Assembly: GCA_035698665.1 (NCBI GenBank)
Contig: DASSBN010000013.1
Span: forward strand, 15,290-79,289
Source of the DNA: Gaiellaceae bacterium
Lineage (GTDB): Bacteria; Actinomycetota; Thermoleophilia; Gaiellales; Gaiellaceae
Reading direction: 5' to 3'
Length of the DNA stretch: 64,000 nucleotides
Part shown: positions 55,845 through 64,000 of the stretch, in pieces
Numbering within the stretch: position 1 is the stretch's first letter
How the letters are laid out: the number at the start of each line of letters is the position of its first letter
Translations under genes and position numbers: made by a program
Notes under the pieces: generated by a model
Databases searched by the model: none
The model's input: only the letters and a program-made list of their open reading frames with translations
Told to the model about the DNA's origin: nothing

Positions 55845-56759
55845 ATGAGCGCCCCCATCGGAGGCCAGGCCGTCCTCGAGGGCGTGATGATGCGCGGGCC
55901 GTCGGCGTGGTCCGTCGCGGTGCGAAAGCCCGACGGCGACATCGCGGAGGTCAACCGGCCGATCACCTCGATCCTCCTGCGCTACCGCTGGATGCGCCTG
56001 CCCATCATCCGCGGGATCATCGCGCTCGGCGAGTCGCTCGCGATCGGCTTTCGCGCGCTCGCCATCTCGGCGAACTACGCGGCGCAGGAAGAGGGCGAGG
56101 ACGGCGAGGTCGAGACCGAGCTCACGCGCGGCCAGATCCTCTTCGCCTTCGGCATCGCGATCGGCTTCGCGCTCCTGCTCTTCAAGGTCTCGCCGGCGCT
56201 GATCACGAACTGGCTGCCGATCGAGTCCACCGGCGCCTTCGTCGTCGTCGAGGGCCTCGTGCGTGTGACGATCTTCATCGCCTACCTGCTCATCATCTCG
56301 ATGCTTCCCGACCTGAAGCGGGTCTTCCAGTACCACGCGGCCGAGCACAAGGCGATCAACGCCTACGAGGCGGGCGAGGAGCTGACCCCGGAGAACGTGC
56401 AGCGCTACAGCCTCCTGCACGTGCGCTGCGGGACGGCGTTCCTGCTCTACGTCATGGTCGTTGCGATCTTCGTGTTCGCGTTCTTCGGGCGCCCCGACTG
56501 GTACTGGCTGATCGCGTCACGCATCCTTCTGCTCCCGGTGATCGCGGGGATCGCGTACGAGATCATCCGCTTCGCCGGCAAGCACGCGCAGAACCCCGCC
56601 CTGCGCGCCCTCCTGGCGCCCGGCCTCTGGCTCCAGCGCCTGACGACGCGCGAGCCCTCGCTCGATCAGATCGAGGTCTCGATCCGCGCGCTCCGGGAGG
56701 TGCTGCGGCTGGAAGGCCGCATCACTCCGGAGGAGCGCAAGGTCGAGGTAATGGCCTAG
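55845..56759 (+). CDS. DUF1385-domain membrane protein
   Basis: IGGQAVLEGVMMRG..YHAAEHKAINAYE..RCGTAFLL. Confidence 0.85.
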   Translation: MSAPIGGQAVLEGVMMRGPSAWSVAVRKPDGDIAEVNRPITSILLRYRWMRLPIIRGIIALGESLAIGFRALAISANYAAQEEGEDGEVETELTRGQILFAFGIAIGFALLLFKVSPALITNWLPIESTGAFVVVEGLVRVTIFIAYLLIISMLPDLKRVFQYHAAEHKAINAYEAGEELTPENVQRYSLLHVRCGTAFLLYVMVVAIFVFAFFGRPDWYWLIASRILLLPVIAGIAYEIIRFAGKHAQNPALRALLAPGLWLQRLTTREPSLDQIEVSIRALREVLRLEGRITPEERKVEVMA

Positions 56760-57169
56760 CCCGGGGGTTCGTCGGGGTAGCGCGGAAGCTCGTCGTCGGG
56801 AAGGGTTTCCCACGGCGCTCTCGAGTCGACATAGGTGTGGAACTGCGGGCGGATGCCCGGGTCTCCGTCGAGCGCTCCCAGCCGCACCGAGATCTCCGGT
56901 CCGTCAGGCCAGGTCCTCCCGAAGAGGCTCGACCCGCACTCCGTGCAGAACGCCTTCACGCCGGCATCCTCCGCCGGCCGGTAGACGCGGATGAGCTCCT
57001 CGCCCGAGATGAGCCGGAACCCGTCGCGCGGGACCCGGCCCTGGGTCTCGCCGAAGGTCCCCGAGTGCTTGCGGCACCGCGAGCAATGGCAGTGGTTGGC
57101 GCTCGTGAACGGCTTTGTGATCTCGAACCGAACGCCCCCGCAGAGGCAGCTTCCCTGCAGCGGTTCCAA
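56756..57169 (-). CDS. GFA (glutathione-dependent formaldehyde-activating/CENP-V) family protein
   Basis: GSCLCGGVRFEI..HCHCSRCRKHSG..FCTECGSSLF. TTG start. Confidence 0.85.
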   Translation of the reverse strand: MEPLQGSCLCGGVRFEITKPFTSANHCHCSRCRKHSGTFGETQGRVPRDGFRLISGEELIRVYRPAEDAGVKAFCTECGSSLFGRTWPDGPEISVRLGALDGDPGIRPQFHTYVDSRAPWETLPDDELPRYPDEPPG

Positions 57170-57183
57170 GGTGAGCTGAGTCT

Positions 57184-58245
57184 ATGCTCTTCGACGTGAG
57201 CCAGATGGACAGCCTGATCGACGAACTGGAGCGCTCCTACGCCGACGCGCAGGAGCGCATGAGCGACCCCGCGATCTTCTCCGACCACCACGCAGCGGCG
57301 GATGCCGGCCGCAGGCTGAAGGAGCTCGAGGGCCCGCACAAGCTCGCGCAAGAGTGGCGCTCCACGCGCGACGACCTCGAGGCGGCGCGCGAGGATTCCG
57401 AGCTCCGCGGCCTCGTCCCCGAGCTGGAACGGCGCCTCGAGGAGCTCGAGGACGAGCTCAAGGTGGCCCTCGTCGAGCGGGACCCCAACGACGAGAAGGA
57501 CGTCATCGTCGAGATCCGCAAGGGGGCGGGCGGGGACGAGGGCGCGATCTGGGCGGGCGATCTCTTCCGGATGCTCACGCGCTACTCCGAATCCCGGGGC
57601 TTCAAATGGGAGGTGCTCGGCTCCAACCCGAGCGAGAGCGGCGGCTACAACGACATCACGTTCGCGGTCAAGGGCGAGGGCGCGTACTCGATCTTCAAGT
57701 GGGAGGGGGGCACCCACCGCGTGCAGCGCGTGCCGGTGACCGAGTCCCAGGGCCGCATCCACACCTCCACGGCGACGGTGGCAGTCATGCCGGAGGCGGA
57801 GGAGGTCGAGATCGAGATCGACCCGAACGACCTCAAGATCGACGTCTACCGCTCCACAGGGCCCGGCGGCCAGAGCGTGAACACGACCGATTCCGCAGTT
57901 CGCATCACGCACCTCCCGACGGGCCTCGTCGTCGCCATGCAGGACGAGAAGTCCCAGCTCCAAAACAAGACGAAAGCGCTGCGCGTCCTTCGCGCCCGGC
58001 TACTCGAGCTCGAGCGCGAGCGCCAGGAGGAGGAGCTCTCGGCCGCGCGCCGCTCGCAGATCGGCCGCGGCGACCGGGCCGAGAAGATCCGCACCTACAA
58101 CTATCCCGACAACCGGGTCACCGATCATCGGGTCAACCTGACGATCAAGCGGCTCGACCGGATCGTCGAGGGCGATCTGGACGAGTTCACCGAGGCGCTC
58201 GCCGCAGAGGAGCGGCGGCAGGCGCTTGAAGCCGCCGCGGCGTAA
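57184..58245 (+). CDS. prfA: peptide chain release factor 1
   Basis: PVT tripeptide (RVPVTESQGRIHTS) and GGQ motif (GPGGQSVNTT). Confidence 0.95.
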   Translation: MLFDVSQMDSLIDELERSYADAQERMSDPAIFSDHHAAADAGRRLKELEGPHKLAQEWRSTRDDLEAAREDSELRGLVPELERRLEELEDELKVALVERDPNDEKDVIVEIRKGAGGDEGAIWAGDLFRMLTRYSESRGFKWEVLGSNPSESGGYNDITFAVKGEGAYSIFKWEGGTHRVQRVPVTESQGRIHTSTATVAVMPEAEEVEIEIDPNDLKIDVYRSTGPGGQSVNTTDSAVRITHLPTGLVVAMQDEKSQLQNKTKALRVLRARLLELERERQEEELSAARRSQIGRGDRAEKIRTYNYPDNRVTDHRVNLTIKRLDRIVEGDLDEFTEALAAEERRQALEAAAA

Positions 58246-58252
58246 GAAACGC

Positions 58253-59110
58253 ATGACTGTCTGCAGCGAACGAATCGAGATGCCCCTGGACGCCGTCCAC
58301 GAGGTCGAGCTCGAGCTCCGCGCAGCCGGTGTGCCGTCGCCGCGCGTCGACGCCGAGATCCTGGTCGCCGACGTGCTCGGAATCGCCCGCTCCGAGCTCT
58401 ACTCGTCGCACAGCCCGGTGACGTCCTACGAGCGTGGGCGATTGGAAGAACTCGTTTGGCGCCGGATCCGGCGCGAGCCGCTCGCCTACATCCTCGGTGA
58501 GTGGGGCTTCCGCCGCCTTCTCCTCAAGGTCGACGACCGGGCGCTCATTCCCCGCCCCGAGACCGAGGTCGTGGTCGAGCGCTGTCTCGCCTTTCTCGGC
58601 GACTTCGTCGAACCGCGCGTCCTCGACGTCGGGGTCGGCTCCGGAGCGATCGCGCTCGCGATCGCCGACGAACACCTGGGGGCACGGGTGACCGCCGTCG
58701 ACAGCTCGGAGCAGGCGCTCTCGCTGGCGCAGGAGAACAAGGCCCGCGCCGGGGTGAACGGGCGCGTACGCCTCGTGCAGGGCGACCTCCTCGCCGGGAT
58801 CGAGGGGCCTTTCGACCTCGTCGTGTCGAACCCGCCCTACGTCACGCCCGAGGAGTACGAGACCCTGCAGCCGGAGATTCGCCTCTACGAGCCGTACGAG
58901 GCCGTCGTCGGCGTCGACGTCGGCGCGAGCGTCGCCGCCGAGGCGCGGAACCTCCTGCGGCCGGGCGGACGCCTCGTGCTCGAGTGCGGCGACGGCCAGG
59001 CAGCCCGTCTCGCCGCCGCGCTCTCGTCACTCGGCTACACGGATGTCGTCGAGACGCCCGACCTCGCCGGCCGCGACCGCGTCGTCGAGGGAACCTGGAG
59101 CGGGTCGTGA
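58253..59110 (+). CDS. prmC: release-factor glutamine N5-methyltransferase
   Basis: VLDVGVGSGAIAL SAM motif and NPPYV. The ATG at 58253 was chosen because the track start at 58226 overlaps prfA. Confidence 0.9.
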   Translation: MTVCSERIEMPLDAVHEVELELRAAGVPSPRVDAEILVADVLGIARSELYSSHSPVTSYERGRLEELVWRRIRREPLAYILGEWGFRRLLLKVDDRALIPRPETEVVVERCLAFLGDFVEPRVLDVGVGSGAIALAIADEHLGARVTAVDSSEQALSLAQENKARAGVNGRVRLVQGDLLAGIEGPFDLVVSNPPYVTPEEYETLQPEIRLYEPYEAVVGVDVGASVAAEARNLLRPGGRLVLECGDGQAARLAAALSSLGYTDVVETPDLAGRDRVVEGTWSGS

Positions 59111-59721
59111 TCGCCTCGCGGACCGCCGACGCGCTCACCGCCCTCCGGGCGGGCGAGAGCGTGATCCTCCCGACCGACACGGTCTACGGCCTCTGCGTGG
59201 ACGCCTACCACGAGCCGCCTGTGCGCAGGCTGCTTCGCCAGAAGAAGCGCCCGCCGGAGATGCCGGTGGCGCTCGTCGCCTCCGACCTCGAGGTCCTCCT
59301 CGACGCGGTCCCGGAGCTCCGTGGCCGAGCCGCAGTTGCAGCCCGCGCGCTGCTTCCCGGTCCGTACACGCTCGTCCTGCCGAACCCCGCCCGCCGCTAC
59401 CGGTGGCTGACCGGCACGCGGCCGGAGACCATCGGCGTCCGCGTTCCCGACCTTCCCGCAGAGGCCAAGGCCGTGCTCGACGGCTTCGGCGCCGTCGCAG
59501 CGACGAGCGCGAACCATCACGGCAGCCCGGACCCCGCGCGAATCGAGGACATCCCCGACGCGCTGCTCCAGGCCGCGGCGGTGGTCGTCGACGCGGGCAC
59601 GCTTCCCGGGACTCCCTCGACCGTGGTCGATCTCACAGGACGGGAGCCGCAGATCCTTCGCGAAGGGGCGGTTTCCGCGACCGACGCACTGGCCCGGGTC
59701 GCGAGCGCGACAGGCGTCTGA
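59107..59721 (+). CDS. tsaC: L-threonylcarbamoyladenylate synthase (YrdC/TsaC type)
   Basis: VILPTDTVYGLCVDA..GVRVP..ATSANHHG..STVVDLTG. GTGA overlap with prmC. Confidence 0.85.
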   Translation: MIASRTADALTALRAGESVILPTDTVYGLCVDAYHEPPVRRLLRQKKRPPEMPVALVASDLEVLLDAVPELRGRAAVAARALLPGPYTLVLPNPARRYRWLTGTRPETIGVRVPDLPAEAKAVLDGFGAVAATSANHHGSPDPARIEDIPDALLQAAAVVVDAGTLPGTPSTVVDLTGREPQILREGAVSATDALARVASATGV

Positions 59722-59764
59722 GAGCCTCGGCCGCCGCGGCCGGGCAACGCGGTATGGTGGGCCC

Positions 59765-61060
59765 GTGGCGATCGCGCAGGAGACCCTGCAGGAGCTCCAG
59801 CGGGCCGGGTTGGCCGAGATCGATCCCGACACCGCTGCCCTGCTCGAGCGGGAGCTCGAGCGCCAGCGCGGTCAGATCGAGCTGATCGCCTCGGAGAACT
59901 TCACCTGGCCGAGCGTCCTCGAGGCGATGGGGAGCGTGCCGACGAACAAGTACGCCGAGGGCTATCCCGGGCGGCGCTACTACGGCGGCTGCGAGGTCGT
60001 CGACGAGATCGAGCAGCTCGCGATCGACCGGGCGAAGGAGCTCTTCGGCGCCGAGCACGCGAACGTGCAGCCCCACGCGGGCGCACAGACGAACATGGCC
60101 GTCTATTTCAGCTGCCTGGACCCGGGCGACACCGTCCTCGCCATGCGCCTCGACCACGGCGGCCACCTCACGCACGGGCTCAAGGTCAACTTCTCGGGGA
60201 AGCTCTACGACTTCGTCGGCTACGGGGTCGACCGCGAGACCTCGCTGATCGACTTCGACGAGGTGCTCGAGACGGCGAAGGAGTGCCGGCCCAAGCTGAT
60301 CGTGTGCGGCGGCTCCGCCTATCCGCGCACGATCGAGGCCGACCGCTTCCGGGCAATCGCCGACGAGGTCGGAGCGCTGCTCCTCTGCGACATGGCGCAC
60401 TTCGCGGGGCTCGTGGCGGCGGGCGTCCACCCGAACCCGACGCCGCACTGCGACTTCGTCACCTCGACGACGCACAAGACGCTCGCGGGGCCGCGCGCGG
60501 GCTTCGTCCTTTGCAGGGAGGAGCACGCGCAGGCGCTCGACAAGGCGGTCTTCCCGGGGATGCAGGGCGGCCCGCTCCTGCACGTGATCGCCGGCAAGGC
60601 GGCATGCTTCAAGATCGCGGGCTCGGGCGCCTTCCGCGACTACCAGGCGCAGATCCGCGCCAACGCGGACGCGCTCTCCGACACCCTCATGCAGAACGGG
60701 TTGGACGTCCTCACGGGCGGCACAGACACGCACCTGCTGCAGATGGACCTGCGCGCCGGCGAGTGGTCTGGCAAGGCCGCCGAGGAGCGCCTCCACGAGG
60801 TGAAGATCACCGCAAACCGCAACACGGTGCCCTTCGACGAGCGCCCGCCGATGGAGGCTTCGGGCGTCCGCCTGGGTACGCCCGCGGTGACGATGCGCGG
60901 CTTCGACGAGGACGATCTGCGCGAGGTGGGGGAGATCATCTCCGGTGCGCTCGCGGCCGAACCCGACCTCGATGCTCTCAGCGCGAGAAGCGCGGCTTTG
61001 TGCGAAAGGCGACCCCTGTACCCAGGTTTCCGGGGCTACACGACCTATGAGCGATCCTGA
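59765..61060 (+). CDS. glyA: serine hydroxymethyltransferase
   Basis: ELIASENF..GYPGRRYYGGCE..TSTTHKTLAGPR. Confidence 0.95.
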   Translation: MAIAQETLQELQRAGLAEIDPDTAALLERELERQRGQIELIASENFTWPSVLEAMGSVPTNKYAEGYPGRRYYGGCEVVDEIEQLAIDRAKELFGAEHANVQPHAGAQTNMAVYFSCLDPGDTVLAMRLDHGGHLTHGLKVNFSGKLYDFVGYGVDRETSLIDFDEVLETAKECRPKLIVCGGSAYPRTIEADRFRAIADEVGALLLCDMAHFAGLVAAGVHPNPTPHCDFVTSTTHKTLAGPRAGFVLCREEHAQALDKAVFPGMQGGPLLHVIAGKAACFKIAGSGAFRDYQAQIRANADALSDTLMQNGLDVLTGGTDTHLLQMDLRAGEWSGKAAEERLHEVKITANRNTVPFDERPPMEASGVRLGTPAVTMRGFDEDDLREVGEIISGALAAEPDLDALSARSAALCERRPLYPGFRGYTTYERS

Positions 61061-61709
61061 GACTCTTACGACGACGGCGCGCAGCGCCGTTGTCGTAGTT
61101 GACCATCCGCTGGTGCAGCACAAGCTCGGGCTCATGCGGGACGAGTCCACGTCGACCCACCTCTTCCGCGAGCTTGTCGACGAGGTCACTCTTCTGCTCA
61201 CGTACGAGGCGACGAAGGGTCTCGCCACGGAGGAGTGTGAGATCCAGACGCCCCTGGAGCGGACGAGCGCACAGAAGATCTCCGGCAAGAAGGTGGCCGT
61301 CTGCCCGATCCTCCGCGCCGGGATCGGCATGCTCGACGGCGTCCTCAGCCTCATCTCGGGCGCGCGCGTCGGGTTCATCGGCCTCTACCGGAACGAGGAG
61401 ACCCTCGAGCCGGTCGAGCACTACGTGAAGCTCCCGGCGGACGTCGCGCAGCGGGACGTGATCCTCCTCGACCCGATGCTCGCCACCGGCAACTCGACGG
61501 CGGCCGCGGTCCAGACGGTGAAGAGCGCGGGCGCAACCTCGGTTCGCCTCATTGCGATCATCGCCGCGCCCGAGGGCATCGAGCGGCTCCACTCCGAGCA
61601 CCCCGACGTCACCGTGGTGGTGGCCGCTGTCGACCGCGGGCTGAACGAGAAGGGCTACATCGTCCCGGGTCTCGGCGACGCGGGCGACCGGCTGTTCGGG
61701 ACCAAGTAG
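61047..61709 (+). CDS. upp: uracil phosphoribosyltransferase
   Basis: VVDHPLVQHKL..PILRAG..LLDPMLATGNS..YIVPGLGDAGDRLFGTK. Overlaps glyA by 14 nt. Confidence 0.95.
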   Translation: MSDPETLTTTARSAVVVVDHPLVQHKLGLMRDESTSTHLFRELVDEVTLLLTYEATKGLATEECEIQTPLERTSAQKISGKKVAVCPILRAGIGMLDGVLSLISGARVGFIGLYRNEETLEPVEHYVKLPADVAQRDVILLDPMLATGNSTAAAVQTVKSAGATSVRLIAIIAAPEGIERLHSEHPDVTVVVAAVDRGLNEKGYIVPGLGDAGDRLFGTK

Positions 61710-62846
61710 ATGTTCGACACCCTGCGAGACCACCTGGACGTCATCTGGGGCTTCCTCGTCGCGCTCGCGGTTGTGCTCGTCCTCACCCCAGCGGTCGGCC
61801 GGGTCGCACGGGTGCTCGGGATCGTGGACGAGCCGATCGAGCGCCGCCGCATCCACCTCCAGGCGGTTCCTCGCCTGGGCGGCCTCGCGCTCTTCTTCGG
61901 CGTCTTCGTCCCCTCGCTTGCCTTCCTCGACCTCTCCGGGCCCTATCGCGGGATCCTGCTCGGCGCGGCACTCGCGACCACGATTGGCATGGCTGACGAC
62001 TTCCGCGGTCTTCCGTGGTGGGTGAAGCTCGGCGGGCAGATCGGGGCGGCCGCGATCGCAATCGACTTCGGCGTGCGGATCGACCGCTTCACGTTCCCGA
62101 TCCTCGGCATCCACGAGCTCCCGTTCTGGGCGGGAGTCGTCCTGACCCTCATCTGGATCGTCGCGATCATGAACATGGTCAACTTCCTCGACGGGCTCGA
62201 CGGCCTGGCCGCGGGGATCTGCGGGATCTCGGGCGCGACCTTCGCCGTCATCGCGCTCTCGCTCGGAAAGCCCGAGGCCGCGGTGCTCTCGGCGATCATC
62301 GCCGGCGCCTGCCTCGGCTTCCTCCGCCACAACTTCTATCCCGCGCGGATCTTCATGGGAGACTCGGGCGCGCTCCTCATGGGCTTCCTGCTTGCGACCG
62401 TGTCCATCCAGGGGCTCCTGAAGACCGCCGCGACCGTGGCGCTCTTCTTCCCGCTCCTCGCGCTCGCCGTGCCGATCTTCGACACGTCCTTCGTCGTGCT
62501 TCGCCGGCTGAAACACCGCGAGCCGCTCTATCTCCCGGACCAGGCGCACCTGCACCACCGCTTCCTGCGGCGCGGGTTCACGCAGCGGAGGGCCGTGCTC
62601 TACCTCTACGCATGGTGCGCGATCCTCGGAGGCGCCGCGCTCGCCACGCGCTTCGTGCCCTTCCGCTCGGCGGGCGAGTGGCACCTCTGGCCGACGCTCG
62701 CCGTCGCCCTCGTAGCCGCGATCGCCGTCGGGGCCACGTTTTACATCGTGATTGTCCTCGAGATCCTGAAGCTCACGCGCGTGCGTGCGTGGGCCGAGCG
62801 CAGGCGCGAGGCCAAGGATGAACAAAGTAAGGCGATTTCCGCTTAG
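61710..62846 (+). CDS. wecA: MraY-family glycosyltransferase, undecaprenyl-phosphate GlcNAc-1-phosphate transferase type
   Basis: MADDFRGL, NMVNFLDGLDGLAAG and a multi-TM profile. Its position just upstream of the atp operon matches the known actinobacterial rfe/wecA synteny. Confidence 0.8.
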   Translation: MFDTLRDHLDVIWGFLVALAVVLVLTPAVGRVARVLGIVDEPIERRRIHLQAVPRLGGLALFFGVFVPSLAFLDLSGPYRGILLGAALATTIGMADDFRGLPWWVKLGGQIGAAAIAIDFGVRIDRFTFPILGIHELPFWAGVVLTLIWIVAIMNMVNFLDGLDGLAAGICGISGATFAVIALSLGKPEAAVLSAIIAGACLGFLRHNFYPARIFMGDSGALLMGFLLATVSIQGLLKTAATVALFFPLLALAVPIFDTSFVVLRRLKHREPLYLPDQAHLHHRFLRRGFTQRRAVLYLYAWCAILGGAALATRFVPFRSAGEWHLWPTLAVALVAAIAVGATFYIVIVLEILKLTRVRAWAERRREAKDEQSKAISA

Positions 62847-62904
62847 TTAGGCGGTTTTCGGCGTCACGAAGTGCCTCCGGGCTGCTACGCTTGCGGCGAA
62901 TAAG

Positions 62905-63114
62905 ATGCTGGCGAGCGTGGCGGCTGGACGCACTTCGATGGATCCGATGGGCGCTGGAGCGCTTCTCGCAGGTGTGCTCTTCGCCTGCGTGGGCCTCGGG
63001 GCGCTGCTCGGCCTCGCGATCGGCTCCGTCGGAGGCGGGATCGCGATCGGAGCGGTGATCGGGATCCCCGCAGCAATCGTCTCGGTCTACGTTCGCTACA
63101 AGGACTCCCTCTGA
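62905..63114 (+). CDS. small AtpZ/AtpI-like membrane protein
   Basis: 69 aa with two Gly/Ala-rich TM helices, located upstream of atpB. Confidence 0.55.
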   Translation: MLASVAAGRTSMDPMGAGALLAGVLFACVGLGALLGLAIGSVGGGIAIGAVIGIPAAIVSVYVRYKDSL

Positions 63115-63506
63115 TGCCCACCACCGTTCTCACGCCCAGACCGATGCCCGAGCGGCGCCTGCCCGTGATCGCGGGCGGTGCGGTCGTCGCGCTCGCGCTG
63201 CCGATCTTTCTCGTGGCCGGCTGGCCGGTGCGCGGCTGGTTGCTCGGCGCCGTCCTCTGGGTGGCGAGCCAGCTGCTCGGGATCCTCTTCAACCGCGTCG
63301 GGATCGGTGAGCCGAACCTGCGCGGGTCCGGTGTCGTCGCCTTCGGGATGATGGCGCGCGGGATCCTGCTCATGATCGTCGCGGTGGCCGTCGCCGCCAC
63401 GAACCCGACACTGGCGCTCGCCGGCGCGCTCGTCTATGCGCTCGCGTATTCGGTCGAGCTCGGTCTCAGCCTGACGATCTACTTCTCGGGAGAGACAAAG
63501 CGGTGA
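63114..63506 (+). CDS. atpI: ATP synthase protein I-like membrane protein
   Basis: 130 aa with 4 TM segments, directly preceding atpB and coupled to it by overlapping codons on both sides. Confidence 0.55.
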   Translation: MPTTVLTPRPMPERRLPVIAGGAVVALALPIFLVAGWPVRGWLLGAVLWVASQLLGILFNRVGIGEPNLRGSGVVAFGMMARGILLMIVAVAVAATNPTLALAGALVYALAYSVELGLSLTIYFSGETKR

Positions 63507-64000
63507 ACGCGCTCTACGGTGCCATGAACGTCGTCCTCGCCGCCACGGAGGACTTCGAGCCGCAGGACGAGTTCGAGCTCCCGGCCTGGGTCTCGATCCA
63601 CATCGGGCCGCTCGACATGTCCATCAACAAGGCGGTCGTCTATCTCCTCGTCGGCGCCGCGGTCACCTGCATCCTCGGGATCTGGATCATGCGATTCGGG
63701 CTGTCGCTTCGGCCCAACCGCCGGCAGACGATCGGCGAAGCGCTCTACGACCTGATCTACGGGCAGATCGCCGAGTCGAGCCTGCCGTCGAAGGGCCTTG
63801 CCCTCTGGTTCCCCTACGTCGCGGCGCTCTTCCTCTTCATTTGGATCTTGAACCTGATCGGCTTCATCCCGTTGCCGATCTCGGACGAGCACGTCCACAT
63901 CGCCGGGGTCGAGGTGCCTACCTGGGGCGTTTACGCGGCGACCGCGAACCTCTCGGTGACGCTGGCTCTCGCGCTCATCACCTTCGTCGCGACGCACTTC
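63503..64000 (+). CDS. atpB: F0F1 ATP synthase subunit a (3' end outside window)
   Basis: GTG at 63503 overlaps the upstream TGA. Translation ..LYDLIYGQIAE..WFPYVAALFLFIWILNLIGFIPLP.. is typical of subunit a. The frame stays open to the window edge. Confidence 0.85.
   Translation, partial: MNALYGAMNVVLAATEDFEPQDEFELPAWVSIHIGPLDMSINKAVVYLLVGAAVTCILGIWIMRFGLSLRPNRRQTIGEALYDLIYGQIAESSLPSKGLALWFPYVAALFLFIWILNLIGFIPLPISDEHVHIAGVEVPTWGVYAATANLSVTLALALITFVATHF

Overview
High-GC (about 70% by hand counts) actinobacterial-type chromosomal segment, densely coded on both strands, with many 1-4 nt stop/start overlaps. No rRNA, tRNA, CRISPR array, transposase or integrase gene was recognised.

Core backbone:
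- A complete trpE-G-D-(C-F fused)-B-A operon on the minus strand. It has a recognisable promoter, a Trp-rich leader ORF and a terminator/attenuator.
- Acyl-CoA metabolism genes: carboxyltransferase, thiolase, 3-hydroxybutyryl-CoA dehydrogenase, crotonase, a split methylmalonyl-CoA mutase, a PduO-type adenosyltransferase, and etfB-etfA-ETF:QO.
- thiG-thiS-thiE.
- The conserved actinobacterial block rpmE-prfA-prmC-tsaC-glyA-upp-wecA-atpI-atpB.

Accessory content (the interesting part):
1. A roughly 7 kb lasso-peptide gene cluster at 36.5-43.5 kb. It encodes a PqqD-like B1, an Asn-synthetase-like cyclase C, a transglutaminase-like B2, an HprK-like kinase, a PF14907-type nucleotidyltransferase and an ABC-2 exporter. 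A 56-aa precursor ORF that is missing from the ORF track has a core that fits neither canonical ring rule nor the C-terminal Ser expected for the kinase.
2. The cluster sits between the two halves of the split methylmalonyl-CoA mutase. Its left edge is marked by a duplicated copy of the mutase 3' end that differs only at synonymous positions, plus a perfect 11-bp inverted repeat.
3. A 14.2 kb gene encodes a 4,732-aa protein anchored at both ends. It is built from four families of Ig-like repeat modules, ends in FN3-PASTA-Pro-rich-TM, and contains near-identical intragenic DNA repeats.
4. A lower-GC islet at 46.9-50.3 kb encodes secreted proteins.

Smaller oddities:
- A 36-bp element is present twice inside the trpD/trpC junction.
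- Two paralogous small CxC-x4-C...H proteins are present, one of them divergent from a membrane-tethered ECF sigma factor.

Many long ORFs in the track are antisense or out-of-frame artefacts of high GC content and were not called.
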